DNA of 64,000 nucleotides. It comes from a virus. This document shows, in pieces, positions 1-7,982 of the stretch (within the stretch, counting starts at the first letter, position 1; each line of letters starts with the position of its first letter). A program made the position numbers and the translations under genes. The DNA lies in the IMG/VR virus record IMGVR_UViG_3300020474_002475, positions 32,001-96,000 of that record; one strand, written 5' to 3'. Under the pieces are notes generated by a model. It was given only the letters and a program-made list of their open reading frames with translations, had not been told where the DNA came from and made no database searches.

Positions 1-2
1 AC

Positions 3-362
3 AACAGATTTTGCAAACTATTCGGTAGACGAGCAAAAAATGAGAGTGATGAACCTAATATAATTTTTTCGATCGACATAGACGATGAATATGTTAGACA
101 TATTAATGTATACATACCAGAGGATATTGATATAGACAAAATAACAGAATTAGCTAATGCGTATAGCGAAAGTCTTTTGGATATGCGTTCAGGTAAAGTG
201 GTACAACAATTATTGTATGCTTTAGAATCGTCTATCGATAAAACAAATCCCAACGAGGTTTTATTATTCGAAAATATATTATCTTTATTTGTTCAAAGCT
301 CTCAAATCAGATCGGACTCAACAGACCCTATGATAGAACCTTTATCGGTTTTTAAAAAATGA
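3..362 (+). CDS. Hypothetical protein, 5' truncated by window edge
   Basis: The frame of ORF 177..362 is open back to position 3 (NRFCKLFGRRAKNESDEPNIIFSIDID...), so the real start lies before the window. Confidence 0.7.
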   Translation, partial: NRFCKLFGRRAKNESDEPNIIFSIDIDDEYVRHINVYIPEDIDIDKITELANAYSESLLDMRSGKVVQQLLYALESSIDKTNPNEVLLFENILSLFVQSSQIRSDSTDPMIEPLSVFKK

Positions 363-811
363 ATAAGGATGTTCAAATAGTGTGGGAAAAATGGTACTGT
401 CCTTTTGGTCAAGATGATCCAGAGGCTGAATCTTTGTTGGATAGTGCTGCCTTAAATGAATTATTAGAAGAAATAGATGAAGAGAATAGTGAGGAAGCTG
501 AAACATTATTACCTCCAATCGATCTTGATCAAAAGTTATCCAAACAATTTGGCGGACAAAAATTCATGATCACTCCGATGGGGGTTATGCCAATAACGGA
601 TAATACAATTAGTACGAAAATTTTTAATTTTTGGACTGGACATACAAATTTTAATATTTCAACTTCTGTTGCCGATACTATACAAAGGTGCGACGGTGTT
701 GAATCCTTAGATGTTTTTACTAGATATAGATTTAGAATTAGCATAGGCAAAGTGTTTAAAGAATCAGATGTAATGCACACCATAAATCAAAAAGTATACG
801 AGTCATTATGA
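359..811 (+). CDS. Hypothetical protein (acidic N-terminus)
   Basis: 150 aa ORF with ATGA-type overlaps on both sides. Confidence 0.75.
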   Translation: MNKDVQIVWEKWYCPFGQDDPEAESLLDSAALNELLEEIDEENSEEAETLLPPIDLDQKLSKQFGGQKFMITPMGVMPITDNTISTKIFNFWTGHTNFNISTSVADTIQRCDGVESLDVFTRYRFRISIGKVFKESDVMHTINQKVYESL

Positions 812-1452
812 TAAATAGCCAAGGCGACATAATCAACGACCTGCATAATAATTGCATAGATTTTAAATCAAGAGAGATATATCTTCATAATTATTTTGGT
901 TCAGCAGATACGGAGAATCCTGGTGTTGAATATAAAATGTCTAATATTTTCTTAAAAAACTTAAGAGTATTAGAACTAAAAAGTCAAGATCCTATTATTA
1001 TACATATGAACAGTATTGGCGGAGAATGGACTGATGGTATGGCAATATTTGATGCTATTAGAATGTGTAATTCTTATGTGACTATAATATCTTACGGACA
1101 GGTAGAATCCATGAGCAGTATTATATTACAAGCCGCAGACTATAGGCTCATAACTACAAATTCTTATTTTATGTGTCACTACGGCAGTTCTGGTATAATA
1201 AGTGATTACTTGAGCGCACAAAATTGGATTCATTATGAAAAATATATATGTGATACTATGTTAGGTATATATTCTAATAAATGTTTTAAAGGACAATTTT
1301 TTAAAGAAAAATATGTTAAACCTGATGAAGTAAAAGTAAAAAACTTTTTATCTAAAAAGCTTAAAGATGGTGATTGGTATATGACTGCTGAACAGTGTGT
1401 GTATTACGGTTTTGCAGATAAGATAATTAAAGATTGGAAACAATTGACATAG
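808..1452 (+). CDS. clpP: ClpP-like serine protease (S14 family)
   Basis: MNSIGG...GMAIFDAIR, GQVESMSS (catalytic Ser), FMCHYG (His), DWYMTAEQCVYYGFADKI (Asp region) match ClpP motifs; triad appears intact. Confidence 0.9.
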   Translation: MINSQGDIINDLHNNCIDFKSREIYLHNYFGSADTENPGVEYKMSNIFLKNLRVLELKSQDPIIIHMNSIGGEWTDGMAIFDAIRMCNSYVTIISYGQVESMSSIILQAADYRLITTNSYFMCHYGSSGIISDYLSAQNWIHYEKYICDTMLGIYSNKCFKGQFFKEKYVKPDEVKVKNFLSKKLKDGDWYMTAEQCVYYGFADKIIKDWKQLT

Positions 1453-1467
1453 ACGCAATATTATTTA

Positions 1468-1480
1468 GTGTATAGTAATA
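1468..1480 (+). promoter_or_regulatory. GTGTAT-AT-rich motif, putative phage promoter
   Basis: GTGTATAGTAATA between clpP and the DeoC-like gene; same motif recurs in other intergenic gaps. Confidence 0.55.
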
Positions 1481-1515
1481 TGAATATTAAATATTATAAA
1501 CACAGAGTTTGCAGT

Positions 1516-2157
1516 ATGTTAATTGAATTACAAATAGTAGACGAAACACTGTCCAACAAAGATATAAGACCTTTTATAGATCAAATCAATACTAAAAATA
1601 TTTCTAAAGTATGTGTATTGCCTTGTCATTTACCTGTATTTAAAAAATATCTTAGCGACAAAATAAAATTATCTACAATCATAGATTTTCCATTTGGTAT
1701 ATTGTCTACGGACAGTAGACAGTCTTTGATTAAAAACGCTATTAAAAATGGAGCTAAAAGCATAGAGGTTATATGCCCTTCATATATGATAGTAAATAAA
1801 TTATATACCCAATTAAAAAATGACATATCAACAATTTATGATATATGCTCTGAAAGCAAAGTAGACATTTCTTATGTGCTAGAGTATAGAACTTACACAT
1901 ACGATTCTCTGTATAAAATATCTAAAATTTTATTAGGTAGCAACATTAATTCTATTTATATTTCTACTGGATACAAATTAGATGATATTTATGACCATTT
2001 AATTGCTATGACAATGATCCAAAAAAAGCTGCCAGATATGAATATTGTTGTTAATGGCAATGCTTTTAACAGTAATCACCGAAATGTAATAAAAATGGCT
2101 GATTTGCCCATTGTTCGGGTGAATTCCCTTAATGCTGTTAATTTATTCTTAAATTAG
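1516..2157 (+). CDS. Deoxyribose-phosphate aldolase (DeoC)-like TIM-barrel protein, predicted inactive
   Basis: VCVLP, STIIDFPFG, AIKNGAKSIEV, YVLEY, ISTG align to DeoC; the Schiff-base Lys (FIKTSTG) reads SIYISTG and the second Lys (FKPAGG) reads IVVNGN. Start moved to ATG 1516. Confidence 0.8.
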   Translation: MLIELQIVDETLSNKDIRPFIDQINTKNISKVCVLPCHLPVFKKYLSDKIKLSTIIDFPFGILSTDSRQSLIKNAIKNGAKSIEVICPSYMIVNKLYTQLKNDISTIYDICSESKVDISYVLEYRTYTYDSLYKISKILLGSNINSIYISTGYKLDDIYDHLIAMTMIQKKLPDMNIVVNGNAFNSNHRNVIKMADLPIVRVNSLNAVNLFLN

Positions 2158-2167
2158 CGTATTTTTG

Positions 2168-2180
2168 GGGTATTATACTA
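2168..2180 (+). promoter_or_regulatory. Variant of the GTGTAT motif, putative phage promoter
   Basis: GGGTATTATACTA in the gap about 60 bp before ATG 2230. Confidence 0.45.
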
Positions 2181-2229
2181 CATAACGTTATTGTAAGATG
2201 TAAATTTACACACTCCATGGAGAAATCGA

Positions 2230-2754
2230 ATGTCAACACAAACAGCTAAAGGTAGCGGATCTACGGTCAACAATGGTGGCACTGTTGTTGCTGGAGGTAC
2301 AGCTTCCAAACTAACTAAAGTTATTCACGGACAAGAAGTATTCCGTAGCACAAAACCCCAAGTAGCCTCAGCCGATTTGCAAAAATCAATTAGTGCTGGC
2401 ACTTTTGCTTTTGACGATGCTGGAACTGGTATTGTTGCTAAAAAAGTTAATACCACTCTTTCTGGTGCTGCTAATACCTTCTTAAGGTCCGGAGCAGCTA
2501 CAACTGCTGATGGTCCTATTAGAGCTAAGGTTCACAAGATTGAAGGCTTAACAACCAGCAAAATTACTACTTCTCTTAGAAATGGCGAGTATAACCACGT
2601 ATCTGGAGTTTTTGATGGTGGCAAGCCAGCTTCTTCAGTAGATAGTTTTGGTACAGATGATGCAGTCACTTCAAACGAATTACAGTACATGTACGGTAAT
2701 CCTGTTCCTGCAAGTGGTGCATACGGTGCTGATAACACCACAAGTCTTGTTTAG
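2230..2754 (+). CDS. Hypothetical Gly/Ala/Ser/Thr-rich protein, probably virion-associated
   Basis: 174 aa, GGAG SD, composition typical of structural proteins, followed by a strong hairpin. Confidence 0.7.
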   Translation: MSTQTAKGSGSTVNNGGTVVAGGTASKLTKVIHGQEVFRSTKPQVASADLQKSISAGTFAFDDAGTGIVAKKVNTTLSGAANTFLRSGAATTADGPIRAKVHKIEGLTTSKITTSLRNGEYNHVSGVFDGGKPASSVDSFGTDDAVTSNELQYMYGNPVPASGAYGADNTTSLV

Positions 2755-2782
2755 TTTTTAATATTTATAAGTTTTATTCGAG

Positions 2783-2824
2783 TAGGCCAGTAATAGTGTA
2801 TACATTATTGCTGGCTTATTTTAT
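2783..2824 (+). terminator. 16-bp hairpin followed by T-tract, containing the GTGTATA motif
   Basis: TAGGCCAGTAATAGTG-TATA-CATTATTGCTGGCTTA (stem 2783-2798/2803-2818, three G-T pairs) followed by TTTTAT. Confidence 0.65.
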
Positions 2825-2842
2825 ATCTTGGAGATTATAACC

Positions 2843-3175
2843 ATGGCAGATCCAGATACATTAGGACATTTTTTTGAAAACTTTACAACATCTATACTTA
2901 GCATACTTATTGCTCTTGTAGGATTTTGGACAACTTTTATTAAAAACCTAGTAAACAGAAAAGATGTTGAAGAAATGCTTGCTGCTCAATCACAAGCAAG
3001 TCAATATGCTAAAGATAGACAGTTCATAATGGAACGATTAAACACACATAAAGAAGATACTAATATTTTATTTAGAGCATTAGAAAAAAACACAGAAGTT
3101 ATGCAAGAACTTCGTATACAAATGGCCACATTAACTAATACGTTAGAGTCTTTAGAGAAAAGAATAGAGGAATAA
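2843..3175 (+). CDS. Small membrane protein with one TM helix and a C-terminal coiled coil
   Basis: ILSILIALVGFWTTFI hydrophobic helix, heptad-like C-terminus; GGAG SD before ATG 2843. Confidence 0.7.
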   Translation: MADPDTLGHFFENFTTSILSILIALVGFWTTFIKNLVNRKDVEEMLAAQSQASQYAKDRQFIMERLNTHKEDTNILFRALEKNTEVMQELRIQMATLTNTLESLEKRIEE

Positions 3176-3176
3176 T

Positions 3177-5783
3177 ATGTCTGACTTTATTAAAAAGGCT
3201 AAAGAAGAAAAAGACATTAATAATGGCTCCGCTATTGTAAGTAGCAGAACGGACGGCGCCGCACCAGAACATCATGTTCAAAACTCTCAATTGTCAGAAA
3301 AGGCTCAAACAGATAACGAAACAAAATTAGAAAATAAGTTTGGAAATAAATTTAAATATTTTGATAGTGCCGCAGAAATTGAAAAGATGCAGTCTAAGGG
3401 TGGCGGCGTTAACAAAACTCTCTCACAGGTACAATCTCGCTTATCTGATGTTAAAGAAAAATCAGAAACCGTTGTAACTAAAGCAGAAGAAAATAAAGAT
3501 TTTAAAAGCGGCGGTGCTGTGTCTAATGCTGGTGGGGGTAGCAAGTTTAGTGATACATTAGAAACAAATCTTTCACAAAAAGATCAAAGCGATACGGCGA
3601 CAGTTATAAATGACAAGATAGGCCAATCTGTACAAACAGGTTCAAATAGTGGTTCACAAGATGCAACGGCTATTAGAGAAGAAATAATTAATAATGATCA
3701 AGCAATAGCTAATGCAGACGCTAGTACAGATAGTGATGGCTTAACAGTAGGCGGATGTAAAGGAGCTAAAACTAGAGGTCAATCAAGGACTTTGCAAAAT
3801 GCTATTTCTGTTTCTCTAACTGATGAGAGTGGCAATTTTGGCCCAAGTGCCGCTTTGTACGGAGACATACCTTGTGATTGCTATGTTCCTTTAAACTTGC
3901 CTCTACTAGGAGCACTAACTAAATCGGCTAAACTAATAGGTGGCTTTACCAATGTTTTTCAAGGTCTGCTAAAATTTGTAGGTGTTTGGGGTAAATATAC
4001 TGCCGCAGTGGGTGATGCGGCAAGAAAAGCTAAAGGTTTCCGCTGGCACCAAGGTCTAAAAAAATTCATGCATCCATTAGAAGGAGAATTAAGTGCTCTG
4101 AAAAAGGCTATGGACCAATTAAAAATAAACACAATCAACCTAGCGAATCAAGCAGGGGACGCTCTCTACGCTTTGAATCAAGCAAAAAGAAAAAGGGAAA
4201 TTGCTTTAAATAATCTGAGTGTGACAGAAACAGCGCTGAACGATACTTTGCCTTTTTCTTTAGGTAAGTTAATAAATGCTACTCCCGCCGAACTCCCAGG
4301 CTTGCTTAATCAATTGACTAGTGGACAGCAGGCGTTTTGGAACGGCTATAATCAGGCATTAAATTTCTTAAGTGTTTATGATCCTGCTATGATAGCGCAA
4401 TTACAAAGTAATTATAATAATTTGTCCGTTCTTGCTACCGCAGCAAGAATAGCGGAATTAGAACAGAGAAGCAAAATTGATGGAACTCTCAGAGCAATTG
4501 CCAGAGTAAATAAAGAGGTAAATGAACTTATTGCTCAATGCCATAAGAGCGATGCTCTAGGCCTCTTGAGTGGACTAATAGGTATAGGCTTTGATGCACT
4601 AGCAGCTCTTGATCCAGTAAGAAAAAAAGAATGTTTAGGCACAGGAACGACAAGGAATGAAAAAACGTGTGCTTGTGACTGCTCACCCGGTTACACAGAA
4701 GGTGTCGGAGGAACTGGAGACTCACCCGAATGGAGCCTACTTGACTTCATAGCTCCTGTACAAAGTGATGAACTTAAAAGATGTTATCCTGCATGTCCAT
4801 GTAATATGGAAAGGGGCCTCGTAGGTCCTAGAGGTAGCGATTTAGAATGTAGTGATTGTAAATCTGGATATACTTGGTATGCTGGCGCTACGTGCGAATG
4901 CGAAAGAACTACAGGATACGACCACGGCTTTCTTGGTTTACAGAAACCGGTAAGAAAAACAGAAATAGGAACGTGTGTAAAAAGTGAGCAAGTTACTGCA
5001 AATGCAAGTCTAGGTAAAACTTGGGATAGTAAAGCGTGTGGATTTAAGTGCGGACCTGATACGGACGTCGGCAACAAAGACAAACCTTTTGGTACTTATC
5101 ATAGACTAAACGATAACTACCCAGCTATTGCACCAAGTAAACATCACGCATTATATGCTACAGGATGCACTTATGTTTGTGATGGTAGAGATCGTCCAGA
5201 AGGAACTCCTTGGCCTCCGGATTGTGTTGGAGGTTTCTTTAATACTGAAAAGTGCGAATGTGCTCCTACAAACTGCCCTCAGTATATGGGACACAATGCA
5301 TTAGTTCTGCAAAACGTAAGTTACGGACTAGATCCTGACACTGGAGAACCGCTTGATTACGATAACTTCTGGAGTGTTTACGAGACACGAAGAGGAGGCT
5401 CAACATCACTAGGCTTACCAGCAGGCGCAACTGTAACTCCTCCTGGTGGCGGTCAAGATTACGGTTTATATATTGATTCTGCGAGCGCACAGGGATATGA
5501 ATTTTCAGCAGATCCTCGTAGATATGTAGAGTGGAGCAGTAGTAGAGTTAGATATAAAGCGTTTGAATGTAATGACGACGGTACTTTGGGATCAGACATT
5601 ACAGGCAGTGTAATTGATATTACTGGAGTTACTGGTGCGCTTGAAAGCTGTTATCAGGAAACATATGGGGAAAACCCCAGAGATCCTCCAACAGAAAGCG
5701 AAACAGATACGTGGCTGGGCTGCCTATCATTAAATTATGGAGTAGCTGGCGTTTCTAGTGTCAACCCTGATATTATACCGTAA
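3177..5783 (+). CDS. Large mosaic protein: low-complexity N-terminus, coiled coil, hydrophobic helices, Cys-rich CxC(xC) region
   Basis: 868 aa; segments such as CLGTGTTRNEKTCACDC, CKSGYTWYAGATCEC, CVGGFFNTEKCEC. Confidence 0.8.
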   Translation: MSDFIKKAKEEKDINNGSAIVSSRTDGAAPEHHVQNSQLSEKAQTDNETKLENKFGNKFKYFDSAAEIEKMQSKGGGVNKTLSQVQSRLSDVKEKSETVVTKAEENKDFKSGGAVSNAGGGSKFSDTLETNLSQKDQSDTATVINDKIGQSVQTGSNSGSQDATAIREEIINNDQAIANADASTDSDGLTVGGCKGAKTRGQSRTLQNAISVSLTDESGNFGPSAALYGDIPCDCYVPLNLPLLGALTKSAKLIGGFTNVFQGLLKFVGVWGKYTAAVGDAARKAKGFRWHQGLKKFMHPLEGELSALKKAMDQLKINTINLANQAGDALYALNQAKRKREIALNNLSVTETALNDTLPFSLGKLINATPAELPGLLNQLTSGQQAFWNGYNQALNFLSVYDPAMIAQLQSNYNNLSVLATAARIAELEQRSKIDGTLRAIARVNKEVNELIAQCHKSDALGLLSGLIGIGFDALAALDPVRKKECLGTGTTRNEKTCACDCSPGYTEGVGGTGDSPEWSLLDFIAPVQSDELKRCYPACPCNMERGLVGPRGSDLECSDCKSGYTWYAGATCECERTTGYDHGFLGLQKPVRKTEIGTCVKSEQVTANASLGKTWDSKACGFKCGPDTDVGNKDKPFGTYHRLNDNYPAIAPSKHHALYATGCTYVCDGRDRPEGTPWPPDCVGGFFNTEKCECAPTNCPQYMGHNALVLQNVSYGLDPDTGEPLDYDNFWSVYETRRGGSTSLGLPAGATVTPPGGGQDYGLYIDSASAQGYEFSADPRRYVEWSSSRVRYKAFECNDDGTLGSDITGSVIDITGVTGALESCYQETYGENPRDPPTESETDTWLGCLSLNYGVAGVSSVNPDIIP

Positions 5784-5813
5784 AAAATAAAAAGTTGATA
5801 TAACTAGACAGAT

Positions 5814-5826
5814 GTGTATTATATTA
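5814..5826 (+). promoter_or_regulatory. GTGTAT motif, putative phage promoter
   Basis: GTGTATTATATTA intergenic, about 50 bp before ATG 5866. Confidence 0.6.
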
Positions 5827-5865
5827 TAGTGGGTTTTCGTAAATATATAAAATCAAGGTGCTTTT

Positions 5866-6159
5866 ATGGGAAATGTTAATACTAATGACGTTGTAACAAA
5901 TGCAAAAAACAATAGTACAGATGCCAAACAAGGTTCGGTGGTTACAAAGTCTAAAATAGGACAAACCATAAACTCCGAAGACACGTATGCAAAAACTACA
6001 TCTTTAACAGACCTTGAGTCTAGACTAGAAAATAAGTTTGATGAAGTAGATTATTATGATATACCAGAAGCACTAAATGGTGGAGGATTTACTCCAACAC
6101 CTTCTCCTACGCCAACATTAACCCCAACACCTACTCCAACACCAACCCCAGTATCATAA
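5866..6159 (+). CDS. Small protein with Pro/Thr-repeat tail, paralogous to the N-terminus of the 868 aa protein
   Basis: RLENKFDEVDYYD versus KLENKFGNKFKYFD; C-terminal TPTPSPTPTLTPTPTPTPTP. Confidence 0.75.
   Translation: MGNVNTNDVVTNAKNNSTDAKQGSVVTKSKIGQTINSEDTYAKTTSLTDLESRLENKFDEVDYYDIPEALNGGGFTPTPSPTPTLTPTPTPTPTPVS
6091..6150 (+). repeat. Coding (Thr-Pro)n repeat
   Basis: Degenerate ACN-CCN hexamer repeats encoding TPTPSPTPTLTPTPTPTPTP. Confidence 0.85.
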
Positions 6160-6169
6160 GGAAGCTAAA

Positions 6170-6454
6170 ATGCCCAGAAATACTACTTTGATTATTAGAA
6201 ATGGCAATAGCGATCCTCTGCATTATAGCGGTGAGGTTTTAGCTAGTGGAGAATTAGCAGCAGCAGTTGATAGTGGTATAGTAAAGGTAGGCAATGGTAA
6301 CGCTCCTTGGTCAGGACTGCCTTCTATAGGAGTGCCCAGTAATCCAATTTCTATAACTGGAGCTAGCGGGGTGTTAAATATGATCTCAATTGCACAAGCA
6401 GATTATGATAATATAGCTAATCCAGATCCTCATACATTATATTTTATAGTATAA
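6170..6454 (+). CDS. Tail-fibre adaptor-like protein (Mtd/hyaluronidase-type N-terminal domain plus YDxxxxxDxxTLY C-terminal motif)
   Basis: IIRNG...VLASGELAAAVDSGIVKVGNGNAPWSGLP resembles the RRG...LAxGExGxxxDTxxxKxGDGxxxWxxL fibre N-domain; ends in QADYDNIANPDPHTLYFIV. Confidence 0.7.
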   Translation: MPRNTTLIIRNGNSDPLHYSGEVLASGELAAAVDSGIVKVGNGNAPWSGLPSIGVPSNPISITGASGVLNMISIAQADYDNIANPDPHTLYFIV

Positions 6455-6472
6455 ATATAGGCTTTAAATAAT

Positions 6473-6574
6473 ATGGCAGTAAAAGTAGCCAGTACCACAG
6501 TGTCTAAAATATACTTAGGCGGAAACTTAGTATCTAAGATATATTTAGGCGGTACTCAAATATATACAGGTTAA
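6473..6574 (+). CDS. 33 aa micro-protein with tandem VSKIYLGG repeat (missing from ORF track)
   Basis: ATG 6473 to TAA 6574 gives MAVKVASTTVSKIYLGGNLVSKIYLGGTQIYTG; repeat conserved at amino-acid level with synonymous differences. Confidence 0.75.
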   Translation: MAVKVASTTVSKIYLGGNLVSKIYLGGTQIYTG

Positions 6575-6588
6575 GGTGTATAATATAG
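6575..6588 (+). promoter_or_regulatory. GGTGTAT motif, putative phage promoter
   Basis: GGTGTATAATATAG immediately after the stop codon, 35 bp before ATG 6610. Confidence 0.6.
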
Positions 6589-6609
6589 TATACAATTAAG
6601 AGGTTTACT

Positions 6610-7095
6610 ATGAGAACACCCGGTTATAAAACTAGTGAATTTTGGTTTACGCTGGTTAGCTTTATAGTCAGTGGACTGTTTCTTTTTGGGGTCATAACCG
6701 AACCAGATACTAAAGATCAACTGATAGATGTATTTACCCATGCCACTGAAAGTATTTTGCTTTTAGGTGGACAAGGATTTTTATTATATAAATATTTAGG
6801 TAAAAGAAGACAAGAAAAAATAGAATACGAAAAAACGAAACAAAAAGAAGCCGATAATAATCGTAAGGAACTAGAAGATTATGTTGGCATAGACAAAACA
6901 TATAAAGAAATTAATATAAATACAGCAAAGCTTGCGGAATTAATTCAATTACCACATATTGGACCTATATTAGCGCAAAACATTATTGACTATAGGAATA
7001 GTGCAGGGAAATTTAAAGACAAGGTAGAAATAATTGCTGTTAAAAATATAACTTATTCAATGTACGAAGATATTAAACCCTATATAATTTTGTGA
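6610..7095 (+). CDS. Membrane protein fused to a ComEA-type helix-hairpin-helix DNA-binding domain
   Basis: N-terminal PGYKTSEFW plus two hydrophobic segments; C-terminal ININTAKLAELIQLPHIGPILAQNIIDYRNSAGKF...YEDIKPYI is a ComEA/HHH_3 signature. Confidence 0.85.
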   Translation: MRTPGYKTSEFWFTLVSFIVSGLFLFGVITEPDTKDQLIDVFTHATESILLLGGQGFLLYKYLGKRRQEKIEYEKTKQKEADNNRKELEDYVGIDKTYKEININTAKLAELIQLPHIGPILAQNIIDYRNSAGKFKDKVEIIAVKNITYSMYEDIKPYIIL

Positions 7096-7104
7096 GGCAT
7101 AACA

Positions 7105-7581
7105 ATGAGCGACGAAAGCACCAAAGAATTAATTCGCATAGAAGTAGAAAATTTAATTGCTGAAACTAAAAAAGCTGTTTCAGATGTAAAAAGATTTGCC
7201 GTCAGTGAAGTGTGGAAGATTCTACAATTATTGACAGCGGTTGTGATACGATTAATTGAAAATTTTGGTAAAGACCTTAGCAGTCCAGAAAAGAAAAAAC
7301 TAGCATTAGAATTAATTGGCAGTTTTTACGATCAGATATTTATTCGTGTAGATCTGCCTTGGGTTCCATCTGTATTAGAGCCTATTATTCATAGTCATGT
7401 TAAAAGCTTTTTAATGATACTGGTAAGCTCAGGTATTGATGCAATGGTTGCCACATTTAGACAAATCGGTGTTTTTCAACCAAAAGAAAAAGAAGTATTA
7501 GAAGCTGCTGTGGGTATGGCGGAAAAAAATCCCATAGTTGAGAATTTTTTAAAAGACCTTAAAACCATAGTGAGGAAATAA
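7105..7581 (+). CDS. Hypothetical helical protein with amphipathic segments
   Basis: 158 aa, GAGG SD, coupled to the next ORF. Confidence 0.75.
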   Translation: MSDESTKELIRIEVENLIAETKKAVSDVKRFAVSEVWKILQLLTAVVIRLIENFGKDLSSPEKKKLALELIGSFYDQIFIRVDLPWVPSVLEPIIHSHVKSFLMILVSSGIDAMVATFRQIGVFQPKEKEVLEAAVGMAEKNPIVENFLKDLKTIVRK

Positions 7582-7982
7582 TGAATTTTACAGAAAGTTT
7601 TAGCGAATTTAGTAGCAGGGTAGGGCCAACGGACTTGGCTCTGTATGCGGGTGCGGGTATAATTATATGGGTATTATTTAAGGACAAGATGAGCCCTGTA
7701 CAAGAATTTCTTTCTGATATCATTAAGAAAATTAAAGGTAGTGCTAAAAACAATGAGTTTTCTAAACACGTTAAGAAAATTATTGATAATTCTGACGAAA
7801 AGCCAGAAGATGAAAATTTATTTTTTGACCTAGTAGTGTCGTGGAAACAAACAAGAGATTTAGCACAAAAAAGCGGATGCAAAAAGGCCGTAGAAGTTGC
7901 AGATCAAATGTTTCCTTATCTTTCTCCAATGGTTTGTGAAGATCTAGGCGCAAAAGTTAAGGAGCCTTCTGATGAAGAATAG
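7581..7982 (+). CDS. Hypothetical single-pass membrane protein
   Basis: LALYAGAGIIIWVLF TM helix near the N-terminus; TAATG overlap. Confidence 0.75.
   Translation: MNFTESFSEFSSRVGPTDLALYAGAGIIIWVLFKDKMSPVQEFLSDIIKKIKGSAKNNEFSKHVKKIIDNSDEKPEDENLFFDLVVSWKQTRDLAQKSGCKKAVEVADQMFPYLSPMVCEDLGAKVKEPSDEE

Noticed and set aside
1444-1476. TTGACA...TATAGT sigma70 promoter before the DeoC-like gene
   Set aside because: Spacing of 21 bp is too long; better explained by the GTGTAT motif
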